The notes under the pieces are model-generated. The model worked only from the letters and a program-made list of their open reading frames with translations, had not been told where the DNA came from and searched no databases. Below are positions 54,750-62,866 of a stretch of DNA of 64,000 nucleotides, piece by piece (positions within the stretch are counted from its first letter, which is position 1; the number at the start of each line of letters is the position of its first letter). The translations under genes and the position numbers were made by a program. Origin of the DNA: Candidatus Methylomirabilota bacterium (GTDB lineage Bacteria; Methylomirabilota; Methylomirabilia; Rokubacteriales; CSP1-6); contig JBKPCO010000020.1 of NCBI GenBank assembly GCA_046727415.1, positions 659-64,658 of the forward strand, read 5' to 3'.

Positions 54750-55997
54750 ATGAAGGATTCCACGCGAAGGGAATTCCTCTGGACGTCCGGGCTCGGCCTG
54801 CTCGCGGCGGGCTGCGCGCCCACGGTCAAGGACTACGCCCAGAAGAGCGGACGCCGCGTCGTCGTGGTCGGCGGCGGCTGGGGCGGCGCCACCGCCGCCA
54901 AGTACGTGCGGCTGGCCGATCCGTCGATCGAGGTCGTGTTGCTCGAGCCGAACAAGCAGTTTGTCTCGTGCCCGTTTTCGAACCTCGTGCTGAGCGGCGT
55001 GCGCACGATCGACAGCATCACCTTCGGCTACGACCGGCTTCGCGCCCAGGGCGTCCGCGTGCTGCACGAGGCGGCGACGGCCATCGAGCCCGACGCCCGG
55101 CGGGTCCGCGTGGGCAACGACTCCCTCCCGTACGACCGGCTCATCGTGTCGCCGGGCGTCGAGTTCCAGTGGGAGCAGGTGGAAGGGCTCGCGGCAAACC
55201 AGGACCGGGTCCTGCACGCGTGGAAGGCCGGACCGCAGACCGTCGAGCTGGCCCGGCAGCTCCAGGCGATGCCGGACGGCGGCGTGTTCGTCCTGACGAT
55301 TCCGCCGGCCGCCTATCGCTGCCCGCCCGGCCCCTACGAGCGCACGTGCCAGGTCGCCTGGTACCTGAAGAACAACAAGCCGAAGTCGAAGCTCATCGTG
55401 CTCGACGCCAACCCGAACATCATCTCGAAGACCGCGCTCTTCCGCGCGGCCTGGGCGAATTATCCGAACATCGACTACCGCGGCTCCAACAAGGTCGTGA
55501 AGGTCGACCCGGGCGCCCGCGAGGTGACGACCGAGCTCGGCGACAAGGTGAAGTACGACGTCCTGAACCTGATCCCGCCGCAGCGCGCGGGAACGATCGC
55601 GGTGTCGGCCGACCTGGTCGGCGCCGACAAGCGCTGGTGCGAGGTCAATCACCTGACGTACGAGTCCGTGAAGCACAAGAATATCCACGTCATCGGCGAT
55701 TCGACGATCGGCCTGCCGGTGCCGAAGTCGGGCAATGTCGCCAACGCGATGGGCAAGATCTCCGCGATCGCAGTGGTCAGCCTGCTCAACGACAAGCCGG
55801 TGCCCCCGATGGCGCCCGGCAACACCTGCTACAGCTGGGTGAGCGACCGCGAGGCCATCGCGGTCGTCAACGCGTACAAGATCGAGGGCGGCAAGGTCGT
55901 GCAGATCGAGCAGAAGCTCACGCCCGGCCAGTCGGAGATGTGGGCGCAGAACGCGGTCGGATGGGCCAACAGCATCTGGCAGGACATGCTCGGCTAA
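54750..55997 (+). CDS. fccB: flavocytochrome c sulfide dehydrogenase flavoprotein subunit (FccB/SoxF-like), Tat-exported
   Basis: MKDSTRREFLWTSGLGLLAAG is a Tat signal. VVVVGGGWGGATAAKY...LEPNKQFVSCPFSN. GGAGGA RBS. Confidence 0.8.
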   Translation: MKDSTRREFLWTSGLGLLAAGCAPTVKDYAQKSGRRVVVVGGGWGGATAAKYVRLADPSIEVVLLEPNKQFVSCPFSNLVLSGVRTIDSITFGYDRLRAQGVRVLHEAATAIEPDARRVRVGNDSLPYDRLIVSPGVEFQWEQVEGLAANQDRVLHAWKAGPQTVELARQLQAMPDGGVFVLTIPPAAYRCPPGPYERTCQVAWYLKNNKPKSKLIVLDANPNIISKTALFRAAWANYPNIDYRGSNKVVKVDPGAREVTTELGDKVKYDVLNLIPPQRAGTIAVSADLVGADKRWCEVNHLTYESVKHKNIHVIGDSTIGLPVPKSGNVANAMGKISAIAVVSLLNDKPVPPMAPGNTCYSWVSDREAIAVVNAYKIEGGKVVQIEQKLTPGQSEMWAQNAVGWANSIWQDMLG

Positions 55998-56028
55998 AGG
56001 CCTTGCGCGGCTAGAAAGGGACAACGCG

Positions 56029-56613
56029 ATGCCGATCGTTCTCATCAGCGTGCTCATCCTCGCTCTCGCCGGTCCGGCCGCGGCCGGACCGCTCGACGGC
56101 CCGGGCGCCTCCACCGCGGTGGTCTGCAGCGCGTGCCACGGCTTCGCCGGCCAGAGCCAATCGAATACGATGCCGATCCTGGCCGGCATGCCGCCCTGGT
56201 ACTTCAAGAAGGCGATCCAGGACTTCGCAGCCGGCAAGCGGACGTCGCCGGAGATGGAGCCCTACGCCAAGCAGGTCGTCCAGTTCGGCCTCGACGACGT
56301 CGCCGCCTACTTCGCCGCGCAGAAGCGCACGACGACGCCGGTGACGTCCGATCCCGTGGCCATCGAGCGGGGGCGCCAGGCGTCCGCGCAGTGCACGCTC
56401 TGCCACGGCGCCTCGGGCAAAGGTGATCCGTCGAAGGGCGTTCCCGATCTGACGGGCCAGCCGCCGGGTTATCTCAAGAACCAGATGCTGCTCTTCAAGG
56501 CGGACAAGCGGAGCCCGGGCGACGCTCAGCTCAAGGTGGTCAAGACGCTGATGACGACCATTCCCGACGAGCAGCTCGCCGATCTGGCGGCGTACTGGTC
56601 GAGCGTCAGGTAG
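56029..56613 (+). CDS. fccA: dihaem cytochrome c (FccA-like partner)
   Basis: 194 aa. Signal peptide and two CxxCH sites (CSACH, CTLCH). Confidence 0.65.
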   Translation: MPIVLISVLILALAGPAAAGPLDGPGASTAVVCSACHGFAGQSQSNTMPILAGMPPWYFKKAIQDFAAGKRTSPEMEPYAKQVVQFGLDDVAAYFAAQKRTTTPVTSDPVAIERGRQASAQCTLCHGASGKGDPSKGVPDLTGQPPGYLKNQMLLFKADKRSPGDAQLKVVKTLMTTIPDEQLADLAAYWSSVR

Positions 56614-56668
56614 CCGCCATCGACCGTCCCGCGGCCAAAGCGCTGCCGTCGCCGGCTCGGCGGACGGC

Positions 56669-57451
56669 GTGACCCTCGCCTTCGCCGTCACACTCCTGGC
56701 GCTCGGGTTCGCCGGCGCCTTCGTGGCTGGGCTGCTCGGCGCCGGCGGCGCCTTCGTCATGATCCCGCTGCTCCTTTACGTTCCGCCCCTGCTCAGCGTC
56801 GGCCACCTCGACATCAAGGAGGTCGCCGGCGTCACGATGGCGCAGGTGCTCGTAGCCGCCTCGGCCGGGATGCTTGCCCACCGGCGTCACGGCGCGGTGA
56901 ACAGCGGGATCGTGTGGGCCGGCGGCATCGCCATGGCCGTCGCGTCCTTCGTCGGCGCGCTCGCCTCCAAGTACGTCAGCGGGCGCGTTCTTCTGTTCGT
57001 CTTCGCGCTCATGGCCACGACGGCGGCCGCGCTCGCCTTCGTCGGCGCCGGGCGCGACGCGGGGCGCAGCGACGCGGACCTCACGTTCAGCCGCTTCCGC
57101 GTCGGCGCGGTTGCCGGCACGGTCGGGCTGGCCGCCGGTCTGGTGGGCGCAGGCGGCGGATTTCTTCTCGTACCGCTGCTGCTCGTCATCGCCGACACTC
57201 CGATTCGCGTGACGATTGGCAGCTCGCTGGCGATTGCCGCGCTGGCGGCGATCTCCGGCTTCACCGGCAAGCTCATGACCGGTCAGATTCCGCTGGCGCC
57301 GACGCTCGCCGTGGTGGCGGGCGCGATTCCGGGGGCCCGCTTCGGCGCCGCGATCAGCCGCCGCTTGCCGCCCTTCGGCCTCCGCGTCGCGCTGTTCGCG
57401 TTTGTCACGCTGACGGCCATCAAGGTGTGGGCGGATCTCCTAGGTTACTGA
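56669..57451 (+). CDS. TauE/SafE-family sulfite/anion exporter
   Basis: 260 aa. Repeated GAGGAFVMIPLL and GAGGGFLLVPLL motifs. Confidence 0.8.
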   Translation: MTLAFAVTLLALGFAGAFVAGLLGAGGAFVMIPLLLYVPPLLSVGHLDIKEVAGVTMAQVLVAASAGMLAHRRHGAVNSGIVWAGGIAMAVASFVGALASKYVSGRVLLFVFALMATTAAALAFVGAGRDAGRSDADLTFSRFRVGAVAGTVGLAAGLVGAGGGFLLVPLLLVIADTPIRVTIGSSLAIAALAAISGFTGKLMTGQIPLAPTLAVVAGAIPGARFGAAISRRLPPFGLRVALFAFVTLTAIKVWADLLGY

Positions 57452-57467
57452 GAGTCGGGGAGGGGAT

Positions 57468-59030
57468 GTGCGCTACGGGTTCGTGATCGATCAGCGCCGC
57501 TGCATTGGCTGTCATGCCTGCACGGTGGCGTGCAAGGAAGAGAACCGGGTTCCGCTGGGCGCCTTTCGCACCTGGGTGAAGTACGTCGAGCGCGGGACCT
57601 TCCCGCAGACGCGCCGATACTTCTCGGTGCTGCGGTGTAACCACTGCGACGACGCGCCCTGCGTGACGATCTGTCCGACGGTGGCGCTCTACCGGCGTCC
57701 CGACGGCATCGTCGACTTCGACGGCGCCCGGTGCATCGGCTGCAAGAGCTGCATGCAGGCGTGTCCGTACGACGCACTCTACATCGACCCGGACACGCGC
57801 ACCGCCGCGAAGTGCAACTACTGTGCGCATCGCATCGAGGTAGGGCTCGAGCCGGCGTGCGTGATCGTGTGCCCGGAGCAGGCGATCATCGCGGGCGATC
57901 TGGATGACCCGAGGTCGACCATCGCCCGCATCGTTGATCGGGAGCCCGTGCAGGTGCGCAAGGCCGAGCAGGGAACCCGGCCCAAGGTGTTCTATCTGGG
58001 CGCCGATGCCTCGGCGCTCTCGCCCGAGCTGCAGGCGCCGGCGAGCCGTTACCTCTGGGCCGAGCGGCCGCGCGAAGAGGTCGATCTGGTGACCATGGTC
58101 GCCGAGGCCCAGCAGCGCACTGCGCCCGGATCTCACACCCTGAGCCGGCCCGTATACGATGTGCCCCACCAGGTGCGGCCGTGGGGCTGGAAGGTCTCCG
58201 CGTACCTGTGGACGAAGTCGATCGCCGCGGGCACCCTGCTGGTCGGAGCACTCGCAGGGTCTGCCGGATGGGGAAGCCTCCTCGGCGTTGCCGCTCCCGC
58301 GCTCAGCCTGATTTTTCTGGCGCTTACGACCGCACTCCTGATCCTCGACCTCAAGCGCGCCGACCGCTTCGCCTACATCCTGCTCAAGCCGAACTGGCGC
58401 TCGTGGCTCGTCCGCGGCGCGTGGATCCTCTTGGCGTTCGGCGTGGTCGGCGTCCTGTGGCTGATCGGCGGGCTGACCGATCGCGTCGACCTCGTCCGCG
58501 CGACGTTCATACCGGCCGCCCTGCTGGCGCTCGCGACCGCGGGCTACAGCGCGCTACTCTTCGGCCAGGCCGAAGGGCGCGACTTCTGGCAGAGCCCGCT
58601 GGTGCTGCCGCACCTGATCGTGGCCGCGCTGGTTGCTGGCAGCGCCACCCTTTCGCTCGCCACCCTCGTCTGGCCCACCGGCGTGATGGTGGCCGGTCTC
58701 TACGTTTCCCATCCGGGCGATACGCTCGGGGCCTTGATGGTGCTCTCGCTCGCCGCCAACGCCGGGCTCCTCGCGGTCGAGCTCGGCACCCGCCACCCCG
58801 TGCGCGACGTGGCGAAGGCGGCCCGGCTCATCACGCGCGGCGGCTACCGGGCTCGCTTCTGGGGCGGCGTGGTGCTCGCGGGGATCGTCTTGCCGATTGC
58901 GTTCGTGATGGCCGACTTCGCGCTCACGCTGTGGCCGCTGAGCCACCTCGCGGCGGTCCTTGCGCTGGCCGGGCTCTGGCTGTGGGAAGACCTGTGGGTG
59001 CGGGCCGGCCAGTCCGTGCCGCTGAGCTGA
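57468..59030 (+). CDS. fusion of a 4x[4Fe-4S] ferredoxin subunit (DmsB/PsrB/SoeB-like) with an NrfD/PsrC/SoeC-like membrane quinone-interacting subunit
   Basis: The N-terminal ~190 aa has CIGCHACTVAC, CNHCDDAPC, CIGCKSCMQACP and CNYCAHR...CVIVCP. The C-terminal ~290 aa is polytopic and starts PWGWKVSAYLWTKSIAAG. No signal peptide. Confidence 0.8.
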   Translation: MRYGFVIDQRRCIGCHACTVACKEENRVPLGAFRTWVKYVERGTFPQTRRYFSVLRCNHCDDAPCVTICPTVALYRRPDGIVDFDGARCIGCKSCMQACPYDALYIDPDTRTAAKCNYCAHRIEVGLEPACVIVCPEQAIIAGDLDDPRSTIARIVDREPVQVRKAEQGTRPKVFYLGADASALSPELQAPASRYLWAERPREEVDLVTMVAEAQQRTAPGSHTLSRPVYDVPHQVRPWGWKVSAYLWTKSIAAGTLLVGALAGSAGWGSLLGVAAPALSLIFLALTTALLILDLKRADRFAYILLKPNWRSWLVRGAWILLAFGVVGVLWLIGGLTDRVDLVRATFIPAALLALATAGYSALLFGQAEGRDFWQSPLVLPHLIVAALVAGSATLSLATLVWPTGVMVAGLYVSHPGDTLGALMVLSLAANAGLLAVELGTRHPVRDVAKAARLITRGGYRARFWGGVVLAGIVLPIAFVMADFALTLWPLSHLAAVLALAGLWLWEDLWVRAGQSVPLS

Positions 59031-59046
59031 ACGTCCATGATCCAGA

Positions 59047-59098
59047 GGCGCGCCTCGGCCGGCGGGGCCCCAGCCCCGCGACGGCCTGCAGCGCGCAC
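59047..59098. repeat. 52-nt repeat, copy B (intergenic, upstream of the Mo-subunit gene)
   Basis: 51/52 identical to 40722-40773. The single difference is C at 59089 versus G at 40764. Confidence 0.85.
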
Positions 59099-59116
59099 AT
59101 CCGCACGGAGAGAGGC

Positions 59117-61948
59117 ATGACCGATCGTCTGACCGAGCCGCTGCACCCGGTCGCCCGTGAATTGCGCCCGCCCGAGGGCGGGCTTCGATCGTATCCGCCC
59201 GTCGAGCGGTGGGACGGCTGGGAAGAATACGACCCGGTCGCCTGGCCGCAGAAGGTCAAGCGCCGCTACTCGCTGATCCCGACGATCTGCTTCAACTGCG
59301 AGGCCGCCTGCGGTCTCCTGGCGTACGTCGACCAGGCAACCCTCAAGATCCAGAAGTTCGAGGGGAATCCGGTTCACCCGGGAAGCCGCGGCCGTAACTG
59401 CGCCAAGGGGCCCGCCACACTGAATCAGGTGACCGATCCGGAGCGGATTCTCTATCCGTTGCGTCGGGTGGGGCAGCGCGGCGGCGGCAAGTGGGAGCGC
59501 ATCTCGTGGGATCAGGCGCTCGACGACATCGCCGGGCGCATCCGCGCGGCGCTCGTCGAAGGCCGGCAGAAGGAGGTCATGTATCACCTCGGGCGGCCGG
59601 GCCACGAGCTCGTCTACCTGCAGCGCGTCTTCCACGCCTGGGGGATCGACGGCCACAACAGCCACACGAACGTCTGCTCGGCGAGCGCGCGCGCGGGCTA
59701 CGCGTTCTGGCACGGGATGGACCGCCCCTCGCCCGACCACGCGAATGCCCGCTTCATCCTGCTCCTGTCCTCGCACCTCGAGACCGGCCACTACTTCAAC
59801 CCGCACGCCCAGCGCATCATGGAGGCGAAGGCGCGCGGCGCGAAGGTTGCGGTGCTCGACACGCGCCTGAGCAACACCGCGTCGATGGCCGATTGGTGGC
59901 TCGCGCCGTGGCCCGGCTCGGAGTCGGCCGTGCTCCTGGCGATCGCCCACGTGCTGGTGCGGGAAAAGCTCTATGACCGCGACTTCGTGCGGCGCTGGGT
60001 GAACTGGGACGAGTACCTGCGCGCGGAGCGGTCCGAGCTGCCGGTCACGTTCGAGGCGTTCGAGCAGGCGCTCGACGAGCTGTACGCGCAATTCACACCG
60101 GAGTTCGCCGAGGCCGAGAGCGGTGTCGCCGCCGCAACCATAGTTGAAATTGCCCGGGAGATCGGGCGGGCCGGCTCCGCGCTGGCGACCCACGTCTGGC
60201 GCAACACCGCCGCCGGCAATCTCGGCGGCTGGCAGGTCGCGCGCGCGCTCGAGCTCGTGGTGGTGCTCATGGGAGCGGTCGGCACGCCCGGCGGCACCGC
60301 GCCGAACGCCTGGAACAAGGCGATCCCGACGCCGCCGATGATGCCGCCACCCGGGAAGATCTGGAGCGAGCTCTTGATGCCGCGCGAGTACCCGCTCGCG
60401 TTCTTCGAGATGAGCTTCCTGCTCCCGCACTTCCTGAAAGAAGGGCGCGGCAAGCTCGCGATGTACTTCACGCGGGTCTACAACCCCGTGTGGACGAACC
60501 CCGACGGGATGTCGTGGATCGAGATGCTGACCGACGAGAAGAAGGTCGAGCGGCACGCCTGCCTGACGCCGATCTGGAGCGAGACCGCGTGGTTCGCCGA
60601 CTACGTCCTGCCGATGGGCCACGCCTCGGAGCGTCACGACCTCATGTCGCAGGAGACGCACGCGGCGCGCTGGATCGGCTTCCGCCAGCCCGTGCTCCGC
60701 GTGGCGCTCGAGAAGGCGGGCCGGCGCTTCGACCTCACCTGGCAGGCGCACGAGGCCGCCGGGATTGGCCAGGTGTGGGAGGAGGACGAGTTCTGGATCG
60801 AGCTTTCGTGGCGGATCGATCCCGACGGCGCGCTCGGCGTGCGGAAATACTTCGAGTCGCCGTACCGCGCGGGCGAAAAGCTCCGCATCGAGGAGTTGTA
60901 CCGCTGGATCTTCGAGAACAGCGTGCCCGGGCTTCCCGAGGCGGCGGCCCGCGAGCGGGTCAGCCCCCTCGAGTACATGCGGAAGTACGGCGCGTTCCTG
61001 GTCGAGGACCAGGTGTACCGCACCCACGAGCAGGCGCTCACCGCCAAGGATCTCGACGGGGCGACGGTCGACCCGGTCTCCCACGTCGTGCAGAAGGGTG
61101 GTCAGGCGATCGGCGTCGAGATCGACGGCCGGCGATATGGCGGGTTCCCGACGCCGTCGCGCAAGCTCGAGTTCTTCTCGGGAACGCTCAAGGCGTGGAA
61201 GTGGCCCGAGCAGGCGGTGCCCAACTACATCCGCAGCCATGTCCACTGGTCGAATCTCGATCGCGCGAATGGCGAAATGGTGCTCCTGCCCACGTTCAGG
61301 CTGCCGACGCTCATTCACACGCGCTCGGGCAACGCCAAGTGGCTCTACGAGATCTCCCACACGAATCCGGTCTGGATGCATCCGACCGACGCAGCGCGCA
61401 CGGGCGTCTCGACCGGCGATCTGCTCAAGGTCGCCACGCGCATCGGGCACTTCGTCGACCGGGTCTGGGTCACCGAGGCGGTCCGGCCGGGCGTGATCGC
61501 GTGCTCGCACCACCTCGGACGGTGGCGTCTGCACGAGGACGCGGGCGGCGAGCGCTGGTCCACGTCGCTCGTCGATCTCACCCAGCCCGAACCGGGGAAA
61601 TGGCGCATGCGGCAGGTTCACGGACCTCGGCCGTTCGCCAGCGATGATCCCGATTCCGGGCGCGTCTGGTGGGAAGACGCGGGCGTCCACCAGAACCTCA
61701 CGTTTCCGGTCCAGCCCGACCCGGTCAGCGGCCAGCACTGCTGGCACCAGAAGGTGACCGTGTCGCGACCAGCTCCCGACGATCGTTACGGCGACGTGGT
61801 TGTGGATACGAACCGCTCGTTCGAGGTCTATCGCGAATGGCTGGCCCTCGCGCGCCCGGCGCCCGGCCCGGGCAACCTGCGGCGTCCCCTGTGGCTGCCG
61901 CGGGCGTTCAAGCCGGACGCGTCCGCCTACCGGCTGGACGGCGCCTGA
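59117..61948 (+). CDS. bis-MGD molybdopterin oxidoreductase catalytic subunit without Tat signal (SoeA-like)
   Basis: 943 aa. Start MTDRLTEPL with a GGAGAGAGG RBS. CFNCEAACGLL...NCAKG is the N-terminal FeS-0 motif. No RRxFL. The track ORF start at 58181 is a shadow over the upstream gene. Confidence 0.85.
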   Translation: MTDRLTEPLHPVARELRPPEGGLRSYPPVERWDGWEEYDPVAWPQKVKRRYSLIPTICFNCEAACGLLAYVDQATLKIQKFEGNPVHPGSRGRNCAKGPATLNQVTDPERILYPLRRVGQRGGGKWERISWDQALDDIAGRIRAALVEGRQKEVMYHLGRPGHELVYLQRVFHAWGIDGHNSHTNVCSASARAGYAFWHGMDRPSPDHANARFILLLSSHLETGHYFNPHAQRIMEAKARGAKVAVLDTRLSNTASMADWWLAPWPGSESAVLLAIAHVLVREKLYDRDFVRRWVNWDEYLRAERSELPVTFEAFEQALDELYAQFTPEFAEAESGVAAATIVEIAREIGRAGSALATHVWRNTAAGNLGGWQVARALELVVVLMGAVGTPGGTAPNAWNKAIPTPPMMPPPGKIWSELLMPREYPLAFFEMSFLLPHFLKEGRGKLAMYFTRVYNPVWTNPDGMSWIEMLTDEKKVERHACLTPIWSETAWFADYVLPMGHASERHDLMSQETHAARWIGFRQPVLRVALEKAGRRFDLTWQAHEAAGIGQVWEEDEFWIELSWRIDPDGALGVRKYFESPYRAGEKLRIEELYRWIFENSVPGLPEAAARERVSPLEYMRKYGAFLVEDQVYRTHEQALTAKDLDGATVDPVSHVVQKGGQAIGVEIDGRRYGGFPTPSRKLEFFSGTLKAWKWPEQAVPNYIRSHVHWSNLDRANGEMVLLPTFRLPTLIHTRSGNAKWLYEISHTNPVWMHPTDAARTGVSTGDLLKVATRIGHFVDRVWVTEAVRPGVIACSHHLGRWRLHEDAGGERWSTSLVDLTQPEPGKWRMRQVHGPRPFASDDPDSGRVWWEDAGVHQNLTFPVQPDPVSGQHCWHQKVTVSRPAPDDRYGDVVVDTNRSFEVYREWLALARPAPGPGNLRRPLWLPRAFKPDASAYRLDGA

Positions 61949-61950
61949 GA

Positions 61951-61975
61951 GCCGCCAGGAGTTGTTGCTGGCGGC
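61951..61975 (+). terminator. 8-bp stem-loop followed by a T-rich stretch between the Mo subunit gene and soxY
   Basis: gccgccag-N9-ctggcggc, then ...tattttctc ~15 nt downstream. Confidence 0.35.
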
Positions 61976-62036
61976 CTTCGGGCGCATAGTATTTTCTCGG
62001 AGTCTTCGCGAGTCCCGGAGAGAGGGAGAGAGGCGC

Positions 62037-62531
62037 ATGACTGACGATTGCCAGGTGACCCGGCGGACGGCACTGGGCGCGCTCGGCGCTCTCGGCGTCG
62101 TCGCCGCCGGAGGGTTCGTGATGGGCACGCCTGCGACCGCGCGCGCCCAGGTGCTCGGGCTGAACGAGAGTGTCCAGGACACGATGAAACGGCTCTTCGG
62201 CGACCGTCCCATCAAGGACGGTGAGGCCCTCGTCAAGGTCGACTTCCCGCCGATCGCCGAGAACGGCTCGGTGGTGCCGATCTCGGTCACCGTGGACTCG
62301 CCGATGACGCCGGCGAGCTACGTGAAGAACATCTACATCGTCGCCGACAAGAATCGCATTCCGTTCGTCACCCGCGTGACGCTGGCGCCGGAGGCGGGCC
62401 GCGCGTTCATGGGCGCGAACATCCGCCTCGGCGAGACGGGCGACCTTCGCGCGATCGTGGAGCAGAGCGACGGCACCCTGCTCGCGGTCAAGCGCGAGGT
62501 CAAGGTGACCGTCGGCGGGTGCGGAGGCTAG
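62037..62531 (+). CDS. soxY: sulfur carrier protein SoxY, Tat-exported
   Basis: TRRTALGALGALGVVAAG is a Tat signal. The C-terminal VTVGGCGG is the invariant GGCGG carrier arm. Confidence 0.9.
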   Translation: MTDDCQVTRRTALGALGALGVVAAGGFVMGTPATARAQVLGLNESVQDTMKRLFGDRPIKDGEALVKVDFPPIAENGSVVPISVTVDSPMTPASYVKNIYIVADKNRIPFVTRVTLAPEAGRAFMGANIRLGETGDLRAIVEQSDGTLLAVKREVKVTVGGCGG

Positions 62532-62533
62532 CG

Positions 62534-62866
62534 ATGGCTGACAGCGACAAGGTCCGTCTCCGCTTGCCGTCGACCATCAAGTCCGGCGACATCGTCCAGG
62601 TGCGTGCGCTCGTGCTCCATCCGATGGAGCGGGTCGAGCGCGACGCGCAGGGCCGAATCATCCAGAAGAACTATAACTACGTCAACAAGGTGATCGTGAC
62701 GTACCTCGGCAAGACCATCCTCACCTTCGACACCTCGCAGGGCGTGGCCGAGAACCCCTTCTTCTCCTTCACGTTCCGGGCAACCGCTCCCGGTCCGCTC
62801 AAGGTCGAGTTCCTCGACACCACGGGCGGTCGATTCGAACGTACGGCCGACATCAAGTTTTCGTGA
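62534..62866 (+). CDS. soxZ: SoxZ
   Basis: 110 aa. IKSGDIVQVRALVLHPME...NPFFSFTFRA is typical of SoxZ. Starts 3 nt after soxY. Confidence 0.9.
   Translation: MADSDKVRLRLPSTIKSGDIVQVRALVLHPMERVERDAQGRIIQKNYNYVNKVIVTYLGKTILTFDTSQGVAENPFFSFTFRATAPGPLKVEFLDTTGGRFERTADIKFS

Noticed and set aside
57468-61948. Periplasmic polysulfide/thiosulfate/tetrathionate reductase (PsrABC/PhsABC/TtrABC) call
   Set aside because: Neither the Mo subunit nor the FeS domain has a Tat or Sec signal in any plausible start, so a periplasmic reductase is unlikely. It is kept as the alternative that phylogeny must exclude.
59117-61948. Selenocysteine or programmed recoding in the Mo enzyme
   Set aside because: The 943-codon frame is uninterrupted and no in-frame TGA is present.
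58181-62290. 1255-aa plus ORF start at 58181 and 1148-aa minus ORF 58844-62290
   Set aside because: The plus ORF upstream of 59117 is out of frame over the NrfD-like domain. The real start has an RBS and conserved N-terminus at 59117. The minus ORF is an antisense shadow of the Mo subunit.
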